A DNA stretch of 43,112 bases from Nemertoderma westbladi (taxonomy: Eukaryota; Animalia; Xenacoelomorpha). Position numbers and translations under genes: made by a program. The stretch covers positions 1 through 43,112 of the forward strand of contig JAUCBJ010006740.1 in the NCBI GenBank assembly GCA_032718475.1. Direction: 5' to 3'. Below, piece after piece: positions 10,264-21,571 of this stretch (the stretch's first letter is position 1; the number at the start of each line of letters is the position of its first letter). The notes under the pieces were generated by a model. The model worked only from the letters and a program-made list of their open reading frames with translations, was not told the origin of the DNA and searched no databases.

Positions 10264-10828
10264 ATTATATTACTGATAATAAAAATTATATGATTGACAT
10301 TTACTGCACCAAATATTTCCCACCACTAGAAGAGTATGTATTACGTTACTTAGTAACGGACTAGACAACATATGTATTAAAAAATTAAAAGCCGTGGGAA
10401 ATTTTAAAACTAAAATAGTTGGTAGGACTAAACAACAGGTCGGGGTGGCTAGTCTTACGGCACCCAACCACCTGGCAACCCTGCACCGTACTCCACTTTA
10501 CCCTGGTGCCACGAAGGCAGTGGGGGAGGCCCCGCGGATTATCGCGAATTGAATCCTTGTACGGACCCAGAACATCGTCACACCGAAAGGACGTCCCAAC
10601 GACCTGTGTAGTCGGTCCGCACCCACTCGGAGGAGGTGGTTCGCCTGCGGGGCGAGGACTCCATCGCAGGAAGCCACGAAAGGATAAAAATCCCCACGCC
10701 GAGCCGAGATAGCATCCGCATAGAGGCGCTTTTTCTCGTCTTCGGCCGAAATTCAAGTACAGACATCGGGATGCGACCCACATATGACTCAGCGTCAAGG
10801 TTTATAACCCTAATATCTAACAATAGTA
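10264..10828. mobile_element. Small non-coding insertion with a GC-rich structured core (possible SINE or non-autonomous element)
   Basis: TAGAAGTT at 10256-10263 recurs at 23402-23409. Removing everything between restores a local ~35-bp repeat unit. GC-rich core at 10420-10800. Confidence 0.45.
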
Positions 10829-11140
10829 CACCATGTCCCGTAATATAGTGTCATTTTCTGATGACACGCCCCCCCCCCCCCCCCTCCCCCAGATTTTTCT
10901 ACAAATCTTTATCATATTGCTTGAAATTTGAAACATAACTAGTTAGACTCACCGTCGATGACCCCATGAAGCCGGAATTTTCGATTTTGCCTTTAAATTT
11001 TTTTTTTATAAGCGTTTTAAAAAAGTGTCTTTTGCGAAATCGCACCCTCCGCATCGTGGCCATTCTTCACATTGGTCGTAATTATTTCATATCATTAAAA
11101 AGCTTGCGTTGCAAGGAGTCCAAATATGTAACAATATCTG

Positions 11141-12364
11141 TGTTCGCGCTTTCAGACCTTTGGCAGTTTAACCCACCAAATTAGGATGTCTTCTAGATAT
11201 TAAATCGGTTTTTAGTCTATGACAAGTATTTGATTCACTACACTAGTCGAAACCAATCTGTGCGCGATCATTCACCCGCTGGATATTCCCGGGAGATTGG
11301 GTTCGACGGTTTAATTTTATTGCTATGTAAGCCTAATGTATTATTCGACTGACAGTACTATATAATCTCTGACAATATTATTCACCTTCGGGAATATTAA
11401 CAGTTCCTTTAGGACGTGGCGCTTTATCTATATAAACAGAGTTATGACTTAAACTACTCACAACGATATGGCTTAATTATAATTCACATATATGGCGCAT
11501 TCTTTAGGAATTGCTTCTTTAACAGACTCACTCATACACAATGCTGCACAATACTGCACACTAATCTGCCAATCTTCACTGATTTTAGTCACATATAAAG
11601 GAAACACAGACTGACTCATGTAGGGTCTATCAAATAACATTAGATTCACTTCAAACCACTTTAACATAAGTCACAATCGTTTATCTGTAACCCTTCTCTC
11701 TTACCTTCGGTATATCAAGAATATTGGGTTTCGGGGTTATTTATCGTTATTCCAAATATAATAATTCATCAACCATATTATGAAGAACTGACGGTAAATA
11801 GCAGTATAAAACAACAATGAAAACACTGATTGTTATGAGTTTGCAATGTTTCAGCAGTCAGTATGTATGATCAGTTAGCAGTGATTCCATGAGTTTGATC
11901 GGTATGTCAGTTAAAGGATATATGCCCTTTATAATTAAACCTACTAGTGTAAGACTAAAAACTGAAAACACGGAGGTGCCAAAGCCGGTTCTTAGGCTCT
12001 GGGCAAAAACATAACACTGAACTACTGAGTTTCTGTATATACCTCCAACACAAAGACAACAAACGCTCTGATTGGTCAACCTGAACAACGAGAGAACAGA
12101 GAAACAAAGAAACGTCGACGTGGCAATATCAGCTGCTAGCTGTCGTCATGGTAGCGACACTGTTTTCAAGAGTATCGAGCTTTTACGTCACGGAATTACG
12201 GATTATGTCCTCTAAAGTACAAATACAGAAGAAATAGCTTTTATGTCCGCTAAAACACCAGTACAGCAAGGACACGGCCCTTTTATGCCTGGTAAACCAA
12301 CTACAGAGTATTTTACGGGAAAAATAAGGAAAAATAACCGGACAATTCAGCAAAAGCTTTTACA
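11141..12364 (-). repeat. 3' LTR (1224 bp)
   Basis: TG...CA termini; differs from the 5' LTR at three positions I could spot (2 substitutions, 1 indel). Confidence 0.97.
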
Positions 12365-12442
12365 CCGCTCCCAGAAAATGGGATTTTCAGTCTATAAAAT
12401 ATAAAAATCACAGTTTCTAAAACATAAAGATACTCTAAACAG

Positions 12443-13800
12443 TTAGTCTTTCTTGCGCGGACGGCGTTTACGCAGTTTTTTAAAGCTAGCAAGAGTCATT
12501 TTCTCTTTGGGGGAAGCCACTTTACTAGGAGGGCCATAACTCCTGGGTGAAGGGTGCAATATGATTGCATTAAAAGGTTTGGGTTTACGGTCGGTGTCTC
12601 GTCCATTTCGATATGCTTCTCCTCGAGCTGATTTTCCTCCGCTTGTCATGGGATACGTTCGTCCAAAACTCTCGCAGAGAATAGGGTTTTCTAAGCTTGA
12701 TATCTTCTTTGAGATTCGAGGTTTCCCAATCGAACTGAGATAAGGCCAATTTGTTTATCGATTGGACTTACTGTTGTAACTTACGTTTATCTGAACAAAC
12801 GCAGGTTTCTTTTTGATCTTTATAGAATAGCGTTTAACTCGTTTCGTACAACGCTCTCCTTCACTTTGATGAAGGGTTGTATCGCGTTAAACGGGACGAC
12901 CATACGGTTGGATAATGATATTAGGTGTCTGCGTCATAATCCAGCTAGGTAAGATGGGCGGCTAGCTAGAAATCACTGTCGGAGTGTTACCGATTAATTG
13001 TTAGGGTAGCACTAGATCTTTGAACAGTGAATACAGTCCGCGAGGATCCGCGACACCACCAGGATCGCAGGTCTGAGGTCCAACTAAGGAATGAGGAGGT
13101 TTGACCGAGTATTCCGGGACTCTGATCGTAGGTTTACTCCAGAATCGTTCGAGCCGAGTGAGCATAGGTGATACGTCAACAAGTTTCGGTTTACATGGAT
13201 GTTTATGTCTTTCCGTTTATTATTTGGGTCTAGGGCGTTTATCGTAATAATACCAAAGACGCACGTCTGGTAGGGTAAACGCGGGTGACATTTATTTGTT
13301 GTTACAATGCTTCTATCAAGAATTCCAAATATACTTTGGAGTTACCGCGTCCATTTGTTTCTTTAGTGTCTTTTCTTTCGAGCCGATTTCGAATAGAATT
13401 TTCGCATTCGAATTTCAGTTTATGGTTCCGACTCCGCTGGGCAGGATATATAGTCGACATAGTCCGTATTGTGTAAATCGATAGGATGACCAGTAGTTAA
13501 GAAGACCATATACGTACCATTACGCTGCGTATATGTCGCCGCGTATTAAGCTATCAACAAACGCTTGTAAAAGTAGAGTATATCGCTCCCCGATACCAAG
13601 ACCATCTTCTATCAACTCCGTCATTTCTGCTATATATGAGTTTATCCACATTATAAGGAGTTTATATTTAGGCGAGCGGGCGTCGCTGCCTACCCCAATC
13701 AACCCCCGGACAGGACGAGATCCTCAGCGCCGATGTGTCGTCGCCGCCGTACTTTCGCCAACAACGTAGCCGCACAACGACAACGACAACCGGCACAAGT
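12443..13800 (-). pseudogene. Decayed accessory 3' ORF region of the BEL element
   Basis: 12443-12570 encodes AIILHPSPRSYGPPSKVASPKEKMTLASFKKLRKRRPRKKD*, nearly the same as the C-terminus of ORF 3-1184. Upstream sequence has coding-like GC content but many stops. Confidence 0.5.
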
Positions 13801-14409
13801 CACTCGACTGTCCGTCCCAAAGGCTTAGATGTACTTCAGGTATTCCTTGGAGAGTTAGGTTACTTTACGATTGCGACTGGCTACTGTAAACACACCTTAG
13901 CAGTAACATTCACCTATAAACTCACAAATACCATACACACAACTTGTCACAAATTACACACATTCGGGCCATTTGTCCGTTAGTCAATGCCTTCCAGAAT
14001 GTCACTGTATTATTATGTATCCTTGGATACTAGTAGTGTGCTATTTATTCCCTATGCTATTCAATGGGACAAGCTTTCTATTGTTCGTTTAACTCAATTC
14101 TAATTCTAGCGTGGTTGTTGCTATGGTGACATTATGCAAAGCTAGCGGTAGAATTAGGGTGATTCCAATGCATACAGATCTGGGATGTTATTTAATAGTA
14201 ATTCTTTAATAGTCAATGTCCTGTTTTTATACATGACTTTATGATTTTTATCGGCTATTGACTATGTTTGGGAGACTTTCGTACACGCATACGCATAATA
14301 ATATAAATCTCCGCTCCCTTGATCTATTAATTAATGGAATTTTGGGAATGTTATAAATTGCGTAAAATGGCAATTTATTAAATTCATTAAAAGACATGAA
14401 TTTAAATTT

Positions 14410-14760
14410 ATTCCCTGAAATTTTATTATTTGATAATTAAATGGGCATATTTTGATTCTAGAACATGTCTAGGGACACAAGATCCTTAATTCTATGACAA
14501 TTGTCTTTTTTAAGAATATCGGTAAATGCTACGATATCTTAATTGACTAGAATTGTTGAAGGATCTGAATTTTACAGATTTTGATTTATTAGATTTGCAA
14601 ATATTAAATAATTAATATTTGAGATGGGCACCGATTTATTCCAGAACTTGTCTGGGGACGTTAACCACTGATTCTAGAATTTGTCTTTCAAGTATATCGG
14701 TGGGTGCCGCGATATCTTAATCGACTAGAATTACAGATGGTCAAAGGGTTTAACAGATTT
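14410..14760. repeat. Diverged tandem duplication (~185 bp x2) inside the BEL element
   Basis: ATGGGCA..AGAAC.TGTCT.GGGAC..TTGTCTTT..TATCGGT..CGATATCTTAAT.GACTAGAATT..ACAGATTT occurs twice. Confidence 0.7.
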
Positions 14761-15275
14761 ATTTTGCGTTATACGCTACTGTTAAAGGGACATCACGCTA
14801 CTATATGTATTATTTAATATACGGTATGAGAGCAATATCGCACGAAGCAATGTCAGTGTGAAGAGGCAAGTCGTTTCCAAGGTCTACCCAGAGCTTGGTT
14901 TAGCCGAGACACGAGGATCTGAACTTTGCATTCCTAATACTCTGCCTACCAATAATACTTAAATATAGTAGTGGCTTTATTGTACTTTAATAAGTACGGA
15001 CATTTCATCTTACTGTAGTTACGTATTTGTAATGTAATACGGACAGTAAGGAAAGAGAAAAAGAATTATTTCTTGCCGTCGCATTAAATATAATATAAGT
15101 AATTACGTACGTAATAAACACGAATATATTGCACTATTCTACAAAATAATCGCTAAATAATATTCTACTAAATTAAATAAAACGATTATAATAAAATTAC
15201 ATAGTAATACATACATAAATATAAAAATAATAGAATAATATAAATAATAGAGTCACACACCCACTCCATATGTTG

Positions 15276-18200
15276 TTACGTTATGGAGTCCCTAGATGTT
15301 TGAAGGATTAGGGAGGTGGTCGTGGGAAGAGAATCTTGCCTTCCACAGTTTCCGGAGAGTCCTCCATTCCCTTCCGATAAACACAAACGACCGACTGGGT
15401 GATTGAGTCGCTGCATCCTGAATACAATTCCAGGTTTCCTCTTCGTCCTGGAATAGTGACGATAGAAACATCGCTCAAAGTATATGACGGCGTCACAAAG
15501 CCGATTCCAGGAGCTATAGTGGTCCGTCGCTCTCTGCAGGAGAGGTGAGAGTCCCTGAGAGACGTCTGATGTTCCAGAGCTCCAATCGCTCCCTCTGATC
15601 TTCATGAAGGATCCACTCGCGGTGGGGAGGCCCAGATCCACGGCGTCGTCCCTGGCAACATGTAATACCGACAGATCTATCCCGGGTTCAAATAACTCCG
15701 ATCCACCCGTCCGGGTTTCAGGTTCGACTTTCTCCGCTCCCTTGGCTGGTCTAATCTCAGTCGGAGTAAGATGGGGAGGCCATTCATTCTCCTTACTCAG
15801 GAAGTCGGGTTCACCTAATCGGTCTGTAGTATCTGTCAGTTCTTGAGGAGTTGCTCCTCTGGAAGCGATGTCCGTTGGATTAAACTTCTTGGGGCAATAT
15901 CTCCATTGATCTACATTGGAGCTAAGATTGTCATTATCTGAGGAGTGTGGTGTTCCCTCAGTTGGGTCGTCTCCCTCACTAGTATCATCTTCCCATTCAC
16001 TCATCTGGCAGACGCGATCTTGAAGCAGTCTTTCCCTGAGCGTTCTACCGGAAGGTCCAGTAAGGTACCAACCTACTCTAGTTCTTACCGCATAGGTCTG
16101 TAGTGGCTGCGGTTGAGCAGGCCGTTTCTCTAATGTCTCCAGCGCCTCATGCGCGTTTTGGCCGATGAGTATTTGCACTCCAGGATAATCAGTCTGGAAT
16201 CGAGGTATGTTAAGATGTTGGATGCTCTCATCCTCGTCCCAATTATAAAGGTCTGCTTGAGTAGTAGCGAAGTTCTTTATAGCCACCATTTTCACTGACC
16301 TGATGCTATGTTCTCCTAGTTCGTCCTGGGGGGTGGACAACTCACCTATATAATAGTCGGCAGCTACAGTAGAATTCCAAACCTGCATGATCCCTGACAT
16401 GTTTAGCATGGTTCGGAACTTGGGTTGTCCAGCAAAGATGACTTCGGCTAGTTCTTTATCGATGAATGTTCCTGTGCTACCGGAGTCCAGGAGGGCGTTC
16501 ACTATATAGCTCTTCTGAGGTCCGTGGACCCGTAACTGGACTACAGGAAATTCTCGGATTCCTATATTGGAAGTTGACGCTTTCCAAGATGGTTGTTGAT
16601 CGGAAGTAGTTAAGGTAAGGTCGCTGTCTGTGTCTTTCTCATACACGAGTGCTCGATACACTGCGGTGGTGTTTATTAGGTAACAGGATTCGTTTTGGTC
16701 GGAGAACTCGTCCGTATAGAATCCTTCCATCTCAGATTGATCAGTGTCGTTCACATCACTGAATTGGACATGTAGTTCGGACTCACTTACCTGACTCGGG
16801 CTGTTTCGTTCGAATTCCGTGTGCAACAAGATATGATGTTTTGCGCCGCACTTTGCACACCTTGCGTCGGAGTTACAGGTTCGCCGTTGGTGTCCTCGTC
16901 TGAGGCAATTATAACACAACCGCTTATCCCACATGACTTCACGTCTATCCTTTAGTGATTTCCTCAGGAATTTATCACACGCATTTAAACGGTGGGGCCC
17001 GTCGCACAGCACACATTTCGGCTTGATGTTACTTACTTTAACCTGTGCTATGTGGTGCACACTTGTTCTTTCCTCGGGCTTTCTCACCTGAATTCCTTTA
17101 GGAGACGTAGGAGGGGTTTTTTGTACCGGTTCCCTTCTGTCATTGGGTCGAGACTTGGATTTACTTACCTGTTCTTTAGGCATTTTATTGACATAATAAG
17201 GCCTGTCAGTGTCTTTCCCGCTGTCCTCTCCTTGAGAGGTTTGGCTTTCACCGTCGTCGGTATAACATACTGGTGTTACCCTTCTCCTAGAAACGGGTTT
17301 CTCATTTACCTTGTTTTCCAATGTCTTCTCTCTGGACTGCCTTAGGAGCTGTAATTTCACTTCTCTATCTAAGAATGACATGAGATCAGTCATGGTAGGG
17401 TCTCGTCGTTGTTGTTCCATCATATATAACACCTTCTTATCCCAGCGTGTACCTACTCCACCCTTGGGCAAAGCAGATGCTAAGGCTCTTACAACCATAG
17501 AATTCTGGTATTCATGAGACTTACCTAGCCAATCTAATTGTCTACAGATCTCCTGAATCTCATCGGAAAACTCTATAATCCCGCTGCTAAGAAACTTTCG
17601 GGGCGCCATTAATTTTGCATACAAATACCCAGCTATGTCATTCCTATTACCATACCTGATGTTTAGTGTATCCCAAACTTGTCTTAATCCATCTGGATGT
17701 CCAATAAATTTTAACGCCATTGACTTGGGAGGTCCTTCCAAACATTCGATGAGGAATCTAAGTTTCTCTCCGTTAGATAGTACAGAGTTCTGTATGTTAT
17801 CTTTGTAATATTCATTAAAAGGTAACCATTTCATCTCATCTCCATTGAACTTGACAATCTCTCCAACCTTTACCGCTTGCCGGGCTTCGGTTCTAGCCAT
17901 TTGACGCGTAAAACTTTCTTGGGCCATCGTGCTATTTAATATCGAGTTATCGGTATATAAATTTCTCGGATTATGATCAGTTCTATAGGGAATATCATTA
18001 TCAACAGGTCTATAATTACCCTTAATAGGGTTCACTATAGGAGTTTCTACTTCGCTAGCAGTATAAATGCGTGTAGGCTCCACACCTTGCGCATGAGATA
18101 CTTCAGACCTAACAGGTTGACACATTGTTACAGAGGGTGGTGGTATACCCTTTTTTAAGTTTACTAATTTATCGCGTTCTAACGCGATACTTTGCTGCAC

Positions 18201-19313
18201 TTCTTGCAACTCTAACTTACTTTCCCTTACTGTGCCCTTGAACTGCTGGACAGTCTCCTGCATCTGTCCGAGCAGGATATCCATCCCCCGCCGTCTCTCG
18301 TCCACCCATTCGACCGCCGAAGCGGGAGTCGCCAACGTTGTAGCGGGCGGACGAGGGACAACGGGAGACAAATCTGGAATATTTCGCTCGGGGTCCAGGA
18401 CCTGAACTGTCTCCTGGGCAGTTCTACTGGGCACAGGTAGCTTAGTGCTATGTAGAGGGAATTTAGAGGTAGCTTCAGGGAGCACAGGTGTCTCTATCAC
18501 CGAAGGGGTGATTTCAAGAACAGGTCCAATTATTTCAGGCTCATCTACTATAGTAGGGAGTCTTTCTACTCTAATTGGGTCTGAAGGCTCAGGATTACTT
18601 AGATCTACACTAGCTAGTTGCCTTCTCACGGCTGTAGGCAAATCAGGCAATTTCTGCCGATGTAGCGCCCTTCTACGTCCGTTATAACGAGATTTATTTC
18701 TTCTGCCTTCAGGATCTGTTGTCTCTCCTTCATCAGAGGATGTAAATCCCTGTCTCTTGGAAGTAGTCCGACTTATCAGCTGCATATCACTAGCCGTTAT
18801 CTGCTTATTTAAGTAATCGTGCTTCTCTTGAAGATTCTCCAACTCTAGTTGGACCTTTTCTTCAGATGCCCTCCGTTCCGCTTCTGCCACTGCCATTGCC
18901 GCTGCTGCTTTTGCCTTTGCCTCTGCTTCTGCTGCTGCCGCTTTTGCCTTTGCCTCTGCTTCTGCTGCTGCCGCTTTTGCCTTTGCCGCTGCTATTGCTG
19001 CTGTCTTTCTGTCTTCTATCTGTTTTTTCTTCAACTGTTGTTCCCATTCTCTAACGATGCGGATTCTTTCATCAATTTCCGCTCTATTCGCTGCCAACAT
19101 TTCCGCATCTATTGCGTCCAACACAAACTTGGCTCCTTCGCTATTAGGGTTAAGTCCCTCTAACCTTCTCCTCAATTCGTCATCACCTAAAAAACGTTGA
19201 TAGTCTGACAGATAGATATCAATGGCATCCCTCTTATGCGGTTTCTCTGCTGTCGCTTCACTCTCCGTTGTATCTATTAGACTGTCTGACAGGTTCTGCT
19301 TTGCGTCAGACAT
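15276..19313 (-). CDS. BEL/Pao Gag-protease polyprotein with in-frame loss of RT and most of RNase H, and no integrase (1345 aa)
   Basis: DUF1759-like KFNGDEMKWLPF..LSNGEKLRFLIECLEG; knuckles CVLCDGPHRLNAC, CYNCLRRGHQRRTC, CAKCGAKHHILLH; protease ALLDSGSTGTFI..ILIGQN..RTRVGWYLTGP; ~50 aa later the RNase H tail QWRYCPKKFNPTDIASRG and YSSWNRL. No YxDD, HHCC or DDE motifs. Confidence 0.92.
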   Translation of the reverse strand: MSDAKQNLSDSLIDTTESEATAEKPHKRDAIDIYLSDYQRFLGDDELRRRLEGLNPNSEGAKFVLDAIDAEMLAANRAEIDERIRIVREWEQQLKKKQIEDRKTAAIAAAKAKAAAAEAEAKAKAAAAEAEAKAKAAAAMAVAEAERRASEEKVQLELENLQEKHDYLNKQITASDMQLISRTTSKRQGFTSSDEGETTDPEGRRNKSRYNGRRRALHRQKLPDLPTAVRRQLASVDLSNPEPSDPIRVERLPTIVDEPEIIGPVLEITPSVIETPVLPEATSKFPLHSTKLPVPSRTAQETVQVLDPERNIPDLSPVVPRPPATTLATPASAVEWVDERRRGMDILLGQMQETVQQFKGTVRESKLELQEVQQSIALERDKLVNLKKGIPPPSVTMCQPVRSEVSHAQGVEPTRIYTASEVETPIVNPIKGNYRPVDNDIPYRTDHNPRNLYTDNSILNSTMAQESFTRQMARTEARQAVKVGEIVKFNGDEMKWLPFNEYYKDNIQNSVLSNGEKLRFLIECLEGPPKSMALKFIGHPDGLRQVWDTLNIRYGNRNDIAGYLYAKLMAPRKFLSSGIIEFSDEIQEICRQLDWLGKSHEYQNSMVVRALASALPKGGVGTRWDKKVLYMMEQQRRDPTMTDLMSFLDREVKLQLLRQSREKTLENKVNEKPVSRRRVTPVCYTDDGESQTSQGEDSGKDTDRPYYVNKMPKEQVSKSKSRPNDRREPVQKTPPTSPKGIQVRKPEERTSVHHIAQVKVSNIKPKCVLCDGPHRLNACDKFLRKSLKDRREVMWDKRLCYNCLRRGHQRRTCNSDARCAKCGAKHHILLHTEFERNSPSQVSESELHVQFSDVNDTDQSEMEGFYTDEFSDQNESCYLINTTAVYRALVYEKDTDSDLTLTTSDQQPSWKASTSNIGIREFPVVQLRVHGPQKSYIVNALLDSGSTGTFIDKELAEVIFAGQPKFRTMLNMSGIMQVWNSTVAADYYIGELSTPQDELGEHSIRSVKMVAIKNFATTQADLYNWDEDESIQHLNIPRFQTDYPGVQILIGQNAHEALETLEKRPAQPQPLQTYAVRTRVGWYLTGPSGRTLRERLLQDRVCQMSEWEDDTSEGDDPTEGTPHSSDNDNLSSNVDQWRYCPKKFNPTDIASRGATPQELTDTTDRLGEPDFLSKENEWPPHLTPTEIRPAKGAEKVEPETRTGGSELFEPGIDLSVLHVARDDAVDLGLPTASGSFMKIRGSDWSSGTSDVSQGLSPLLQRATDHYSSWNRLCDAVIYFERCFYRHYSRTKRKPGIVFRMQRLNHPVGRLCLSEGNGGLSGNCGRQDSLPTTTSLILQTSRDSIT
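18885..19003 (-). repeat. Coding 33-bp tandem repeat (AKAKAAAAEAE) in the Gag N-terminal coiled coil
   Basis: GCTGCTGCCGCTTTTGCCTTTGCCTCTGCTTCT repeated about 3 times, in frame. Confidence 0.85.
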
Positions 19314-20640
19314 GTTTGTGTGTACAGTTGAATGTCTACTGCTGTATTACAGTCTGAGCAAGTCTAGTAACTCAGTATTAACTGATAGCCTAGTAATTAA
19401 TTACCGGTACTGCTACTCAGTGTAGCGTGATATATATAATATATTAGAATACCGGTATGCTTATAGTATATATAACTATATAAGTATTATTACAGACTAG
19501 GTTTATCACAGAATACCGGTATAATTTTAGCACAAATATATATAAATATATAATAGGCCTATCGGGAATACCGGTATACAGCTTACAGTTTGTAGTATAT
19601 ATAATTCTGAAATAGAATTAATTACAAGTACCGGTATAATTTCAGCCTAGATTTATAGAAATAAGATAATAGGCCTATCGTAAATACCGGTATATCAATT
19701 ATTTTGGAATAATTGAATTTCTGAACTTTAGGGTTACTTGGTTACTTTAACTTACTTTATTACCGTTATTTAAGCAGTAATCCAACTGATATTGAGACCT
19801 AATGGTTTTATGGTAGGCCTACTATTTATAAATCGTTAGATTTGATTTATAATGTATTTATACCCGTTTTAATGGGTTTAGTCAATGTTTGAAATAAATG
19901 TTATTATTTCTGGGGTAATCACTACACAAAGCGGTGCGCTTTTAGTGAAGTGTTACGTATAGGACACTAAAACAAATAATTCTAATTTACCTAAGTTACT
20001 TAATACTACAAATTACGTACAATTCGGGTTGAGATTACAATCTCTAAATAAACACAAAAATTTACAAAAACACAAAATACGAATTTTTTAGGGTAATTTT
20101 ACAAGAAGTCTACAAACCAGCCTAACAAAGGGTTAGAATACCGGTTATTACAACGGACAGGGTACTACGGTATTTGAAATAATAAGTAGTAGTAAATACA
20201 CTGCGTTGTCTAGATAGGAAAATACCACCGCCTGACGACCTATAGCCGTATCGCTATAGGTTCTACGTTATGTATCACGGAGTGTTCCTACCTAGAAGTT
20301 AATAGAGCTAATCGAATGTGCCTATCAACCACTTTACAACACAAATATAATGTCTACAATAATTACTTCGGAAAGTGCTGTACACTAAACCCTAAATTAG
20401 GTACGAGTACTTATATAACAGACAATCAGTAGTTAAATATACTTGAACAGCTAAAAGAACCACGGCATCTGCTGGAGTGACCGATGCACAAAATCACCAG
20501 TCTTTACCTACGCCGAGCAGCCCGTGTAGTACCGGGGTTAATTTAACTATAGCGGTATGTATAACAAACACAATTACTGTAGGAACAAACTTGGGGAATG
20601 AATGTTGCGGATAATCGCATAAACTCTGAATAATAAATAT

Positions 20641-21212
20641 TACGCTACGCGTACAAACTACTCAAACAAAATACAGACCGAACACTGACAGACTACTATC
20701 AAGCCTAAACAAACTACGGTATATGCAGACTCCGAAATGATTAGGGAGTATGCGCTCTAACCCAGTAGTGCGACTTATTCTTTAGTTGGGGGATTACCTT
20801 ACAGCGTTCGCTGCCCCTACTGCCTAATCGTACTTAATCGGACAGATGATCTACACACGCGGCAATCCGTTCAGACCTAATAACAGCCAGACAACTATCC
20901 AGCCTACAAATTATCTAAATAAAATTATACGCTACCCGTACAGACTTACACAAACAAAGTACAGACCAAACGATGGCAGACTACTCTCAAGCCTAAATAA
21001 ACTACAGGACATGCAGACTCCGAAATGATTAGGGAGTATGCGCTCTAACCCAGTAGTGCGACTTATTCTTTAGTTGGGGGTTTACCTTACAGCGTTCGCT
21101 GCCCCTACTGCCTAATCGTACTTAATCGGACAGGTGATCTACACACACTGCAACTCGTTCGGACTTAACAGCAATCAGACAACAGTCAGCCTACAAATCG
21201 TCTGTACAAACT
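20641..21212 (-). repeat. ~288-bp tandem duplication in the 5' leader of the BEL element
   Basis: Cores 20723-20858 and 21011-21146 differ at 2 of 136 positions; flanks are clearly more diverged. Confidence 0.9.
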
Positions 21213-21397
21213 GATCAGGCTTACACGCCTTCTGTTCAATACTGGCCTACAAACAAATAAAACTTGACAGAAATAAGTAAAATCTAAATAAAAAACCAGG
21301 GCGGCCGTTCCCTGATTAAATACTAAGACCTACCGGTATACAACAATCAAATCGAATAATACTAGTGTACTTATACGGAAGTACCGGTTAGGACAGC

Positions 21398-21505
21398 TAG
21401 GCCTATGGACCTACAGAAGTACCGGTTCTAGCAGTAGGGCCTACTGACCTACAGATGTACCGGTTCTAACGGTTGAGCCTACTGACCTACAGATGTACCG
21501 GTTCA
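21398..21505. repeat. ~38-bp tandem repeat x3 near the PBS position
   Basis: GCCTA..GACCTACAGA.GTACCGGTTC repeated three times. Confidence 0.85.
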
Positions 21506-21571
21506 GGTTTACCGGATGACCGGTACTTTCAACTTTATTGCTTACTGCAACAAAGAAGCTATATCCTTTAA

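Noticed and set aside
10385-10848. Overlapping 70-137-aa ORFs, and a possible telomerase RNA (TAACCCTAA at 10805)
   Set aside because: The ORFs have no recognisable motifs and reflect high GC. The template-like 9-mer lies at the 3' edge of the island, with no recognisable pseudoknot or CR4/5.
11416-11667. Short ORFs repeated at 21847-22098
   Set aside because: Chance frames duplicated only because they lie within the two LTRs.
13860-13930. Splice acceptor (GTGTGTTTACAG, minus strand) for a subgenomic accessory-ORF mRNA
   Set aside because: Plausible position, but the downstream ORF is decayed and such motifs are common; not supportable without transcripts.
18849-19163. Cys-rich and Leu/Pro-rich plus-strand ORFs
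   Set aside because: Antisense shadows of the Ala/Lys/Glu repeat in Gag.
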